This document shows, one piece after another, positions 18,139 to 27,864 of a DNA stretch of 56,488 nt; positions within the stretch are counted from its first letter, which is position 1; every line of letters begins with the position of its first letter. This stretch comes from an uncultured Candidatus Saccharibacteria bacterium (GTDB taxonomy: Bacteria; Patescibacteriota; Minisyncoccia; Phycocordibacterales; Phycocordibacteraceae): contig CAZSKX010000004.1 of assembly GCA_964607655.1 (NCBI GenBank), forward strand, positions 1 to 56,488. Direction: 5' to 3'. A model generated the notes under the pieces. The model was not told the origin of the DNA. It saw only the letters and a program-made list of their open reading frames with translations, and made no database searches. The translations under genes and the position numbers were made by a program.

Positions 18139-20364
18139 ATGCGTGGTAGCATACGCGATATGATCAAACGCTTACACCACCACGCGAAGAACCTTCATTC
18201 CCGAGGGAAGAAGGCTTCTCGCCACACCTTTTTGGTTGGTTTTTATACCATTGTCGGCACACTCTTGGTGGGCGGGGGTATTGTATTGGTCGCGATTGCC
18301 GCTGTTCCAGTCCCTGGAATTAGCTCCTTTGCTGATCGTCAGGTTGACCAGTCAACCAAGATTTATGATCGTACCGGACAAGTCCTCCTCTACGATTACA
18401 ACCGAGACGCTCGGCGCCAACTCATACCGCTCGCAAACATCTCACCAAACGCGATCAAAGCAACCCTCGCAATAGAGGACGCGAGCTTCTATGACCATGG
18501 TGGTATCCGGATCACCTCAATAATCCGAGCACTTATTGTGGACATTATGGGCGGCTCCCTTTCGCAAGGTGGGTCGACCATTACTCAGCAGGTAGTCAAG
18601 AACACCTTGCTCACTGGAAAAAAGAGTATTACCCGAAAGGTGCACGAGATGATCCTTGCGCTCAAGCTTGAACAAGTTTACTCGAAGGACCAGATCCTTG
18701 AGGCTTATCTCAACAACATTCCTTACGGCGGCACCCTCTACGGCATAGAAACCGCCTCTCAGGCGTACTTTGGCGTCCCCGCTCGGGATCTTTCAGTTCC
18801 TCAGTCAGCGTATCTGGCCGCAATGATCCAGGCGCCGACTTACTACTCTCCGTATGGGAGTCATCGTGCAGAGCTTGAGGAGCGGAAGAATCTAGTTCTC
18901 GAGCGCATGCGCAAGCTTGGGTTTATCGACGAAGCGGCATTTGAGAACGCTAAAGCTGAGCAGGTTGCATTCTCTCCAACCGGACAGAATTCAATTGTTG
19001 CTCCACACTTTGTTTTCTATATTCTCGACCTCCTCGAGAAGGAATACGGTGCGACAGCGCTCGCTTCAGGACTTAAGGTAACTACCACCTTGGATGCCGA
19101 CCTTCAGGTGCGGGCAGAGTCTATTGTGAACCAGTATGCCCTTGAGAACACCACGAAGTTTAATGCAAGCAATGCCTCGCTTGTAGCGCTCGATCCTTCG
19201 ACAGGCCAGATCCTTACCATGGTCGGGTCGCGGAACTTCTTTGACAAGGATATCGACGGTCAATACAACGCGGCGCTCGCACTCCGACAGCCAGGATCGA
19301 CGATGAAGCCTTTCGTCTACTCCCTTGCGCTCATGCGTGGTTACACCCGCGACACGGTGGTTTTTGACGCGCCGACACAGTTTTCAACCTCGTGTCAGCC
19401 CTCGGATGTTACCAACAACACCCCGCCCTGTTACGCCCCTCAAAACTATGATGACAGTTTCCGCGGCCCGATGACATTTAGAACTGCACTCGCCCAATCG
19501 ATCAACATCCCTGCGGTTAAGGTGTTGTATTTGGTCGGGGTTAAAAACGCTGTTAACTTGGCTAAATCGTTTGGACTCACCACCCTTGGTGACGCCAACC
19601 AATACGGCCTCACTTTGGTGCTCGGAGGTGGTGAGGTTCGTCTCCTTGACCTCGTTGGTGCCTACAGCGTCTTTGCAAACGACGGCATCCTTAACACCCC
19701 AACCGGTATCCTTGAGGTCACTGATTCTCAAGGGACAGTGTTAAAAAAGTTCGCCAAGAATCCTTCTCAGGTCCTACCCGCAAGTACCGCTCACGATATG
19801 TCAGCCATACTCTCAGACGCCTACGCTCGTTTGCCTGGGTACAGTCTCTCCTCTCCTCTCTCGATCCCTGGATATGACGTCGCGGTAAAAACAGGTACCA
19901 CTGACGACACGCGCGACGCGTGGATAGTTGGCTACACTCCCTCTATTGCCCTCGGGGTGTGGACAGGAAATAACGACAACAAGGCAATGGCTAAATCTGT
20001 TGCTGGTTTCATTGCAGCGCCAATGTGGCATGAGGCTATGGCCTATGCTCTCGCGAAATATCCGAAGGCTTATTTTGCCCCCGCAACCCAAATCTCTTCT
20101 TCAGTACCTCCAATGTTGCAAGGAAACTGGCGTGTCCCAGACGCTACAGGTGCAATGTACCCCCACAGTCTTCTGTACTGGACGGACAAGAACAATCCAC
20201 TCTCTGGACCACCATCAAACCCCGCGAATGATTCGCAATTTGCATATTGGGAGTATGGAGTCTCAGCGTGGTACCAACGCCACCCTGAACTCTTCTCGGG
20301 TGGAATCATGCTCTCTTCTCCCTTAGTAGGAGACGTTGTTCCTACTGATTCATCGGAGATATAA
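18139..20364 (+). CDS. Class A penicillin-binding protein (glycosyltransferase plus transpeptidase)
   Basis: TM anchor, GT51 motifs (EDASFYDHGGI, GGSTITQQ, RKVHEM) and transpeptidase motifs SxxK (STMKP) and KTGT. Confidence 0.92.
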   Translation: MRGSIRDMIKRLHHHAKNLHSRGKKASRHTFLVGFYTIVGTLLVGGGIVLVAIAAVPVPGISSFADRQVDQSTKIYDRTGQVLLYDYNRDARRQLIPLANISPNAIKATLAIEDASFYDHGGIRITSIIRALIVDIMGGSLSQGGSTITQQVVKNTLLTGKKSITRKVHEMILALKLEQVYSKDQILEAYLNNIPYGGTLYGIETASQAYFGVPARDLSVPQSAYLAAMIQAPTYYSPYGSHRAELEERKNLVLERMRKLGFIDEAAFENAKAEQVAFSPTGQNSIVAPHFVFYILDLLEKEYGATALASGLKVTTTLDADLQVRAESIVNQYALENTTKFNASNASLVALDPSTGQILTMVGSRNFFDKDIDGQYNAALALRQPGSTMKPFVYSLALMRGYTRDTVVFDAPTQFSTSCQPSDVTNNTPPCYAPQNYDDSFRGPMTFRTALAQSINIPAVKVLYLVGVKNAVNLAKSFGLTTLGDANQYGLTLVLGGGEVRLLDLVGAYSVFANDGILNTPTGILEVTDSQGTVLKKFAKNPSQVLPASTAHDMSAILSDAYARLPGYSLSSPLSIPGYDVAVKTGTTDDTRDAWIVGYTPSIALGVWTGNNDNKAMAKSVAGFIAAPMWHEAMAYALAKYPKAYFAPATQISSSVPPMLQGNWRVPDATGAMYPHSLLYWTDKNNPLSGPPSNPANDSQFAYWEYGVSAWYQRHPELFSGGIMLSSPLVGDVVPTDSSEI

Positions 20365-21442
20365 GGTAGAGGAGCGAGTTATCGCCAACCCCCTTCATAA
20401 TAAGAGGGCGCCCGATACCCGCTGCATGTAGTGAAATGCTTTCAGCATTTGTAAGACTAAATACTGTAGTTAAAAATCGGTGGTTAAAAGACAGGGCGAG
20501 CATCTCTCCTTCAAGTTTCGCATTTACCGTCTCTGATGACTCCCCAAGATCAGGATTTTTTGCAAAAAACGCGAGACTGTTCTTTTTGGGTTCAAAATGA
20601 ATCGACACTTTTTGAAATGCGTCCGAGAAAATTGCCGTGTGTTTAAGAGCCTGCTCGAAGTCTTTGCGTAAGGTTACTGCTTCGGCCACCGATTCTTTTG
20701 GAATAATCTGTTTATAATCTGGGTAGCCAGCACTCGTAAGTCGTGAGACGATCGCTCCATTTGGAGTTATAAAGGCGCATTGATGTTCATCAAACACAAC
20801 TTGTATCTCGTCATCAGGAAGCGCCTGAGCGATATCTAGAGCATTTTTAGCAGGAATAAGAAACTTACCCTGGAGACCCTTTTGGCTTATGGGTGTTTTC
20901 TTTTCTGCGAGTCTAAATGAATCTGTCGCCACAACAGTTAGAATCCCTCCTTCAATAACGAAATAGAGGCTGGCGAGTTCTGGACGTACTGTTGAAACAG
21001 AAGCGCATGCGGCGATTGAGGTAAAAAATGTACGTAGTGTTATTCCTGAAAGCACGAATGTGTTTTTTGATTGCTCAGGTAACGGAATCGACGGAAAATC
21101 CTCATACGGTACGGTTTTGATAGCGCTTTTACTCGAATCACTCGTTAAGGAGATCGTGTCGCCTGTGTGCTCAAGAGTTATCAACCCCTCCCCTGAAAGC
21201 GAGGATGCGATCTGCTGGAGAAGAGTGGCCGGGATTGCAACAACCCCATGTGTTTTACACACCCCTTGAATCGAAAGATCAATACCTGTTTCAAGGTTTG
21301 TGGCACGCATTTTAATTCCCTCCTCATTAGCCAAAATAAGTATTGAGGCGAGTGCCGGCAGTGTGGTGCTCTTACGTTCTGCGAATCGAGCGACTTTATA
21401 CACAGCATCTATAAATATCTTTTTTTCTATTGAAATATTCAT
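20342..21442 (-). CDS. dnaN: DNA polymerase III beta sliding clamp
   Basis: MNISIEKKIF... with three-domain length, located downstream of dnaA. The ATG at 21442 is preferred over 21481. Confidence 0.88.
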   Translation of the reverse strand: MNISIEKKIFIDAVYKVARFAERKSTTLPALASILILANEEGIKMRATNLETGIDLSIQGVCKTHGVVAIPATLLQQIASSLSGEGLITLEHTGDTISLTSDSSKSAIKTVPYEDFPSIPLPEQSKNTFVLSGITLRTFFTSIAACASVSTVRPELASLYFVIEGGILTVVATDSFRLAEKKTPISQKGLQGKFLIPAKNALDIAQALPDDEIQVVFDEHQCAFITPNGAIVSRLTSAGYPDYKQIIPKESVAEAVTLRKDFEQALKHTAIFSDAFQKVSIHFEPKKNSLAFFAKNPDLGESSETVNAKLEGEMLALSFNHRFLTTVFSLTNAESISLHAAGIGRPLIMKGVGDNSLLYLISPMNQ

Positions 21443-21555
21443 ACGAGTCCTATTAGGGGTGTTGATACCGTGGATAAACAAGAAAGAACGAACATACTCA
21501 ACAGTTTTTTGAGATTATTTTTATGAACAACATGTGAATTCATAGTAGATTCAGG

Positions 21556-22911
21556 CTATACAAGTAGTGAACGGATACTTTGAATCTCCTTTGCGAGCTC
21601 ACTATCCACAATCAAATCGTTCTTTATTTTCTCGCAAGAGTGGATAACAGTTGTGTGGTCACGACCACCAAGCTTCGCACCGATTGATGGATACGAAATA
21701 CGAAAATCTTCGCGCAAAAGGAACATGATCACTTGTCGCGGGCGCACCACCTCCCTTCTTCTGGTCTTCTCGTAGATACTGTCCTCATTAATACCGTAAA
21801 ATTCGGCAACTCGATCAACCACATTTTTAACTGAAATGGTTTTTTGAGGGCGAGTAAAGGAACGAAGTGACTGTCGAACCTCAGCGATGTCTGGAGGAGC
21901 CCCTTTTACCTGAGCGTGACAGACAATGTTGTTTACCATCCCTTCAAGTTCGCGAATAGAACCGGTCAAAGTTGTAGCAACATACTCCACAACCTCGTCA
22001 GAGAGCATAATGCCGTGCGAAGCGGCCTTCTTTCGCACAATTATCATGCGACTCTCGGGGTCAGGCTCGCCGATATCTATGGTCATACCGCTAGAGAAAC
22101 GACCTTTCAGGCGGTCAGCGATATCCGCAATCGCAACAGGAGCCCGATCTGAGGAGAAAATAATCTGCTTATTAGTATCATGGAGGGCATTAAAGAGGTG
22201 GAAGAGTTCCTCTTGAGTCTTATCCTTCTTTGATAAGAATTGCACATCGTCCATGATAAGAAGGTCATATTGGCGATACTTATCTTTGAAACGGTTTGCA
22301 GTCCCGGCCTGTACAGAATCGGTATAATCGATAACAAACTTCTCTGAGGTGAGATAAAACGCCTTCCGTCCCGGATACTGTTTCTTATACTGATTTCCTA
22401 TCGCCTGAATAAGGTGTGTTTTCCCCCGACCAGTCTCGCCGTAGATGAAGAGCGGGTTGTACGTAATACCTGGTCGTTCAATGGCTACCTGAGCTGCAGC
22501 GTGTGCAAGGTTGTTGAAAGAGCCAACCACGAACGTGTCGAAGGTGTAGCGGGGGTTTAAATTATCACTTTTATTTATGTAAAACTCGTTGAGTGGAAGC
22601 TCAACAGCGCCACGGATGGGTGTTTTTACTTCTCGCGCAGGCTTGCGACGCTCATCTTTAACGATCATATACTCAATATTTCTGAATTCATATGACACAT
22701 CACGGAAAATCTTGAGCAGGAGCGTGTGAAATTTCTTCAAATACCAATCCTTGAAGAACTGGCTTGGTACGCCGATGTACACCACCCCGTCCTCCCCCAC
22801 CTTAACGATATGGCTGCTACCGAACCAAGTGTTGAAATTTGCAGGAGAGATGGATAATTCAACCTGGGTAAGCACATACTCCCATAGTTCACGCGGATTC
22901 CCTTTATCCAT
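21556..22911 (-). CDS. dnaA: Chromosomal replication initiator DnaA
   Basis: GETGRGKTHL Walker A, LLIMDDVQFL Walker B and C-terminal domain IV (HTTVIHSCEKI). Confidence 0.95.
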   Translation of the reverse strand: MDKGNPRELWEYVLTQVELSISPANFNTWFGSSHIVKVGEDGVVYIGVPSQFFKDWYLKKFHTLLLKIFRDVSYEFRNIEYMIVKDERRKPAREVKTPIRGAVELPLNEFYINKSDNLNPRYTFDTFVVGSFNNLAHAAAQVAIERPGITYNPLFIYGETGRGKTHLIQAIGNQYKKQYPGRKAFYLTSEKFVIDYTDSVQAGTANRFKDKYRQYDLLIMDDVQFLSKKDKTQEELFHLFNALHDTNKQIIFSSDRAPVAIADIADRLKGRFSSGMTIDIGEPDPESRMIIVRKKAASHGIMLSDEVVEYVATTLTGSIRELEGMVNNIVCHAQVKGAPPDIAEVRQSLRSFTRPQKTISVKNVVDRVAEFYGINEDSIYEKTRRREVVRPRQVIMFLLREDFRISYPSIGAKLGGRDHTTVIHSCEKIKNDLIVDSELAKEIQSIRSLLV

Positions 22912-22998
22912 AGTAGTTTGTAGTATACGCTCTTAGCGTACAGTGTGCATCACTGGTGTTTTTGTTCAAACCTGTTAGTATCTTGTGTATAACGTTAT
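22912..22998. promoter_or_regulatory. dnaA-rpmH divergent intergenic region, candidate oriC/promoter region
   Basis: DnaA-box-like 9-mers with one mismatch each: TTATCCATA (22904-22912) and TGTGTATAA (22984-22992, the complement of TTATACACA). A third, TTATCCACG, lies at 21469-21477 upstream of dnaN. Confidence 0.35.
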
Positions 22999-23139
22999 AT
23001 GGCCACAAAACGAACCTATCAGCCAAAGAAGCGTAAGCGCGCTAAGACCCATGGTTTCCGCGCCCGCACAGAGACCAGCTCAGGTCGCAAGATCGTCCGC
23101 CGCCGCCGCCGGATCGGTCGCGCTCGCCTCACGGTCTAA
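22999..23139 (+). CDS. rpmH: 50S ribosomal protein L34
   Basis: Translated by hand as [46 protein letters not shown]. It is too short for the ORF track, which lists an out-of-frame ORF at 22985-23287 instead. Confidence 0.93.
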   Translation: MATKRTYQPKKRKRAKTHGFRARTETSSGRKIVRRRRRIGRARLTV

Positions 23140-23145
23140 TATCCC

Positions 23146-23448
23146 GTGTTTCCTCGTCGCGTACGGCTTGCCCGAGGCGATTTCGACACTGCAGCTCGAC
23201 GAGCGCTCCGGCGCTCGTCGCCTTGTTTTACCGTGCTTGTGTCCGCCCAAACACGAGGCTGTGCGGTGGTTGTCTCGAAAAAAGTAGCTCGCAAGGCGGT
23301 CGATCGCCATAGGCTCAAACGGCGGATCGTGGGGGCTCTGAAGAGCCTTCCGCTCCCCCGAGGGCTCATTGTGTATCCAAAAAAAGAAGCCAGCACGCTT
23401 TCGGCAAGCGAGATGCGGGCTGAGCTAGCTCAACTCCTTTCCCAATAA
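23146..23448 (+). CDS. rnpA: RNase P protein component
   Basis: Basic 100-aa protein with VSKKVARKAVDRHRLKRR (RNR-like motif), located immediately after rpmH. Confidence 0.85.
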   Translation: MFPRRVRLARGDFDTAARRALRRSSPCFTVLVSAQTRGCAVVVSKKVARKAVDRHRLKRRIVGALKSLPLPRGLIVYPKKEASTLSASEMRAELAQLLSQ

Positions 23449-23473
23449 GGGCAGGATAACGTACAATAGCAGC

Positions 23474-24208
23474 GTGATCTCAGCTGTCTTCCACAGTGTT
23501 TTTTATAATCCGATCTATAACGCCCTCGTTGCGTTGGTGGCGCTTGTTCCCGGCTCAGACGTAGGAATAGCAATCATCATTCTGACCCTTATTATTCGGC
23601 TTATCCTGCTCCCCCTCTCGCTATCTGCAGCACGCACCCAACGGGTGATAAAGGACCTCGAGCCAAAAATCAAAGAATTAAAAGAGAAGCATAAGGGCGA
23701 TCGCGAGAAAGAGGCTGTCGAAACACTCGCTCTCTACCGCGAGGCTCAAGTGAACCCCTTTGCGAGCGTGGTTACTGTTTTTATACAGATTCCCGTCCTT
23801 TTGGCGCTCTACTTCGTGTTTCTGTATGAGCCGTTCACGACCGTTAATACTTCCCTTCTCTACGGGTTTACTCCCACTCCAGACGTCATTTCCTTAGAAT
23901 TCCTAGGAATCCTTTCAGTGATGAGCAAAAGCCTCGTACTCGCCGTTCTGGCAGGCATAACACAGTACCTCCAAGCAACCCTCGCCCTAAAAGGAACTCT
24001 CAAGCACGCTCCAACCACAGGGATGCAAGGAGATTTTCAACGAGTGCTTCAGGCGCAGCTTAAGTACGTGTTTCCGTTCATTATTGCAGCCATCTCCTAC
24101 ACCACATCGGGAGCGATCGCCCTCTACTTCGTAACAACCAACCTCGCAGGAGCTCTCCAGGAGTGGTATGTGCGCCGTGCCCTCACCCCTCAAGAAGTGG
24201 CTGCTTAG
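23474..24208 (+). CDS. yidC: Membrane protein insertase YidC (short form)
   Basis: Five-TM layout, ILLPLSL...Q and KGDREK...LYRE..VNP motifs, in the conserved rpmH-rnpA-yidC context. Confidence 0.88.
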   Translation: MISAVFHSVFYNPIYNALVALVALVPGSDVGIAIIILTLIIRLILLPLSLSAARTQRVIKDLEPKIKELKEKHKGDREKEAVETLALYREAQVNPFASVVTVFIQIPVLLALYFVFLYEPFTTVNTSLLYGFTPTPDVISLEFLGILSVMSKSLVLAVLAGITQYLQATLALKGTLKHAPTTGMQGDFQRVLQAQLKYVFPFIIAAISYTTSGAIALYFVTTNLAGALQEWYVRRALTPQEVAA

Positions 24209-25401
24209 AGTGAGTAACCCCAGAGCGAGCCGTCAGTTTTATTCACAAACGTAAGGAATTGGCCTCGAGAATCGAGAGATAGAGCGACAGCATCAACAGG
24301 ATTAGTGGTTTTTTTATTGAAATCGAGCACAAGCTGGGCAAAACGACCTTGCACATCTACCTTCCAAATCCGGTCAGAGAAAGAGATGGCGCCCTGATAC
24401 CAATCGTCAGGGTAGGCCGCACCCGCGGACGGGCTAATGGGTACCCCACAATACACACTAGACTCATCGCTAGCCCACACGCACTTATCAGCAATGGTCG
24501 CGAGCGGTAGCGGGAGCGTCTCGCGTGTCGAAACGTTTACGAGATAAAGATTAAGCCTTCCCTGTTCGGCGGTCGACACCAGAAGCCAGGCGCCAGAGGG
24601 GCTCGGGAGGGCCACTAGACCAGCCGACGGGCCCGCGATGCGGCTGAATTGGCCAGTACCATCCACCACGAAGGCGTTACCAAGCAGCGTCTGGGTCGGC
24701 TTGGTGAAGGCTATATACTTGTCCTTTCCAGCAAAGGCTACCCGTAGTTGAGTAAGAGGGGTGGTGAAGACGGTCGTCGCGCGCGAGCCATCAGGTCGAG
24801 CAACTGAGGCGACCGAGCCATTCACGCCAGTCGCGAGGTAAAGGATGCTCGTGCTCGAGACAGCAAGTGATGAAACGTTTTGTGGTAAGAAGAAACCGTC
24901 GACACCAGCAGCAGAAAGCGCATAAGTGTTAACAGTTGAAAAGTTGCTGCCAGAGAGATACTGAACAAAGGCGGTCGAGGCATTCGGTAGCCAGCTGGCT
25001 GTCATGACACCCGGCACGGTGCGGTTGCTGGTGCGAGAGACGCTGCCAGTCTGGGTATTGTAACGGAACACGTTACCACTCTTTCGTTCGATATAGTTCA
25101 CCATAAGCGGGGGCGTAGAAGTCCCGGCTGCTGGCCCAGGAGAAACCACAGTGCCGAGGGCCACCGGCCCACGGCTTATCTGTACCAGCCGAGGAGGTTT
25201 GGACCCGGGTCTGACTTCGGTGCCGTTCTCGTCTTCCGCTGATAAGGAAGGGGTGGTGCTCGTTGCGCTTCCTGATCCAGGAAGGGAGATGTCCGGCAAG
25301 GAAACAAGTGGGCTCTCGCCCCCAAAGAACAGCACATAGACAAATATTCCTATCCCGGCGAGGAGGATTAGAATAATCCCGAAGATAAGAGGTCGACGCA
25401 T
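24205..25401 (-). CDS. Membrane-anchored beta-rich (propeller-like) hypothetical protein
   Basis: N-terminal TM (LIFGIILILLAGIGIFVYVLFF), a Ser/Thr/Pro linker and then repeated beta-strand-rich segments. It is the last gene of the T4SS-like operon. Its stop overlaps the yidC stop (TTAG). Confidence 0.6.
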   Translation of the reverse strand: MRRPLIFGIILILLAGIGIFVYVLFFGGESPLVSLPDISLPGSGSATSTTPSLSAEDENGTEVRPGSKPPRLVQISRGPVALGTVVSPGPAAGTSTPPLMVNYIERKSGNVFRYNTQTGSVSRTSNRTVPGVMTASWLPNASTAFVQYLSGSNFSTVNTYALSAAGVDGFFLPQNVSSLAVSSTSILYLATGVNGSVASVARPDGSRATTVFTTPLTQLRVAFAGKDKYIAFTKPTQTLLGNAFVVDGTGQFSRIAGPSAGLVALPSPSGAWLLVSTAEQGRLNLYLVNVSTRETLPLPLATIADKCVWASDESSVYCGVPISPSAGAAYPDDWYQGAISFSDRIWKVDVQGRFAQLVLDFNKKTTNPVDAVALSLDSRGQFLTFVNKTDGSLWGYSL

Positions 25402-25404
25402 GAA

Positions 25405-26850
25405 TTAATCAATAGATCCACCGCACACAGTTGTTGATATGTTTTTTACACAAAGAGCATTGGTGCGGAGACACTTGGTGTTATTTAACGAACCCACCAC
25501 TGGAGTGCCTGGTGGGCACGCAAACTCAGTGGTTATGGAATTAGTTCCGATATCTGCCGCACACACGCTTCCACCATCGCGGATACACTGAGAACTAAAT
25601 TGTGAATATTGTGTAGATAAAGCCTGGGAAGCAGAATTCGAAAGCTCCAAAAGACTTAATTGCCAAATTACATCGAATATTCGCACGCTAGTAGTGGTGT
25701 AGAATTCGAAGATAGTACTCGAGTAAGAACCACAATAAGCTGTAAAGGTGACTGTGTCTCTGCACACACTTCGACCCTCGGCGTTGAGTACATATCCACT
25801 GCGGCAATAGTAGGTATCTTGACGCTGTAGAGTCCCAATATTATCTGCGGCAGCACAATTAGAGACAAATTCCTGGGCAGCCTCAGACGAAGGGCAGGTT
25901 GCCGTTTGTAGAAGTTGGCCTACGACGGTGCACCCAGTTTCTTCATCCAACACTCCGCTTCCAGGAGAAGGTGGACCTGGTTGGAGTTTGGTTAACCCAA
26001 TATTTAAACTCAGGATCGCAGGATTAATGATCGAGAATACGAGGAAAGGCGCGAAAACGAGAATTAAACCCTGGATCGCACGCATAATTCGGCTCTTGCT
26101 ATCGAGCAGGCTACTCACGCTATCGCGGTTCACAGCCATCTGGATGCCCCCCCAGATGATCTCAATGACCGCCGCCGCGGCAGCGATACCAAGGAGGTAT
26201 TTGTAGAGATTGTTTAGGAATTTGGCCAGTGTAGTGGAGTTCACGACGCTCGTTGAGCTGTTATCGGTGAGCCCAGGAATCGGGGCGAGGGCGCAAAACG
26301 GCGCATTCGGTGAGCAAGAGGCAGGTGGAGGTGGAGGTGTAGGTGGATCATCATCCCCATCAGCCACACAAGAGAGGTTGCTGTCGCAGCGACCGAGAAT
26401 GCTAGAAGCACCATCGCTAGCATCACACACATCCCCAACGGACTTGCCAATACAGGCAGTGTGAGCAGGATCATCAGCTACACAAGACAGAGTGTTAGTG
26501 CTGAAAGTATAGGTCGGGTCACTCACTATAGAATGTGATCCTGTGGCGCAATGGCCTGTTTGCGCATTTCCAGCGTCACATACTTGTCCGTTTGTTTTAT
26601 CCACACAAGCTGCAGCCACCCCAACAGGCTCTGGCAAAATACATTGGGTGTTAAAGGAAGTCTGCCCGGTTACGGCCACCTGAACATAGGATCCGCTTCT
26701 CGACTCACACCAGGTTCTTGCTGAGTCACAACCGCTACCAGGATCGCACCGCCCGGTTAAGGTCTCGCTTGCGAGGGCGGTCTGAGCAAAGGATACGCTC
26801 AAAACAAGAAGGGATGACAGTGTCAGCAATTTTCTAGAGAGCTTCATCAT
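25405..26850 (-). CDS. Secreted Cys-rich protein with a central T4SS-pilin-like two-helix core
   Basis: Signal peptide (LLVLSVSFAQTALA), an N-terminal domain with many Cys, a PPTPPPPP linker, then CALAPIPGL...LYKYLLGIAAAAAVIEIIWGGIQMAV...AIQGLILVFAPFLVFSIINP (two TM helices), then a second Cys-rich domain. Confidence 0.65.
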   Translation of the reverse strand: MMKLSRKLLTLSSLLVLSVSFAQTALASETLTGRCDPGSGCDSARTWCESRSGSYVQVAVTGQTSFNTQCILPEPVGVAAACVDKTNGQVCDAGNAQTGHCATGSHSIVSDPTYTFSTNTLSCVADDPAHTACIGKSVGDVCDASDGASSILGRCDSNLSCVADGDDDPPTPPPPPASCSPNAPFCALAPIPGLTDNSSTSVVNSTTLAKFLNNLYKYLLGIAAAAAVIEIIWGGIQMAVNRDSVSSLLDSKSRIMRAIQGLILVFAPFLVFSIINPAILSLNIGLTKLQPGPPSPGSGVLDEETGCTVVGQLLQTATCPSSEAAQEFVSNCAAADNIGTLQRQDTYYCRSGYVLNAEGRSVCRDTVTFTAYCGSYSSTIFEFYTTTSVRIFDVIWQLSLLELSNSASQALSTQYSQFSSQCIRDGGSVCAADIGTNSITTEFACPPGTPVVGSLNNTKCLRTNALCVKNISTTVCGGSID

Positions 26851-27836
26851 AGACCTAATATACCAAGCCCAGAGGGTGCGGCACCGAAGGAGAGGGACAG
26901 CTCTGTGCCCGCGAGCACCGACCCGCTACCCTTAGCCGAGAGTGAAAGCCGCGCCGCACCGGCCCCAGAACCAGTCGGTCGTAGCGTGATGAGGGGGCCA
27001 TTTTGAGCAAGGGAGCCGTTTAAGGACCAAGTAAGAGCGGGCTGTGAGACATTGGTTGGGAAAGAATACGGGGCAGCAAAAAGAGTTTTCTCCTTGCTGG
27101 CGACGCTATACGAGCCAGTAATAGCGCGATTAAAGAGTATCCCAAGCAGAGGGTCGCTCTCATAGACGCGCACGAGGGGCTCTTGGGCGGTTAACGTCAC
27201 CTTGCTGCCCCCTACGAGGGAGCCATCGGGCGCCGAGACAGTGACGGAGACATCGCGAGAGCGGTACTGAAGGGGTGAAGCCACGACGATAGTGGTCTTT
27301 CCAATGCCTGAAGAATTAAAAATGCGAGTGTCATCGACGACCCAGCTATAGGAGAGCGCTGTGGGGTTAATCGGAGTGCCAGCACTATTACGGAGGTTTG
27401 CTATAGCCACCACTCGAACAGCTCCCTCGAGAGGCACCAGCGGCTTCCCCGGATAGAGCGCGGGGGCAGAAGCGAGAGGTTCTACGACAAGGTTAAGCTC
27501 CTGGGGTCGGACAGAGATTGTTTTTGAAAAGCTTTTTCCATTGCTTACCATCACCACCTGTGCCGTGGTAAGGGTTCCCGCAGCCCCCAAGGTTATAGAG
27601 ACGGGCTTGGCGCTGCCCTTGTAGATAGATTTTCCGCCAACTATAACCTCCATGGTGGCGGTGCTGAGGTCGAGTGAGCCCGAGGTTGGGGTCAGGGTAA
27701 CGCGTCCATAAGGCGTTGGGTAGTTAGGGCTCACACCGACGGTGAAGACCTCAGTGCCAGGAAGGAGTTGGGCAAACGCTACCCCTGGGGACAAGACGAG
27801 TAGTCCAAGGATAAGGCGCGCGAGAAGAGAACGCAT
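26847..27836 (-). CDS. Secreted all-beta (Ig-like repeat?) hypothetical protein
   Basis: Signal peptide MRSLLARLILGLLVLSPGVAFAQ starting at the ATG at 27836. Composition is Ser/Thr/Gly/Val-rich. There is a 4-nt overlap with the downstream gene. Confidence 0.6.
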   Translation of the reverse strand: MRSLLARLILGLLVLSPGVAFAQLLPGTEVFTVGVSPNYPTPYGRVTLTPTSGSLDLSTATMEVIVGGKSIYKGSAKPVSITLGAAGTLTTAQVVMVSNGKSFSKTISVRPQELNLVVEPLASAPALYPGKPLVPLEGAVRVVAIANLRNSAGTPINPTALSYSWVVDDTRIFNSSGIGKTTIVVASPLQYRSRDVSVTVSAPDGSLVGGSKVTLTAQEPLVRVYESDPLLGILFNRAITGSYSVASKEKTLFAAPYSFPTNVSQPALTWSLNGSLAQNGPLITLRPTGSGAGAARLSLSAKGSGSVLAGTELSLSFGAAPSGLGILGL

Positions 27837-27864
27837 ACGATCTAAGTATATAACTTCTTTTGCC

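Noticed and set aside
22985-23287. 100-aa plus-strand ORF listed in the track
   Set aside because: It is out of frame with the true rpmH (22999-23139), whose translation is a textbook L34, and it runs across the rnpA start.
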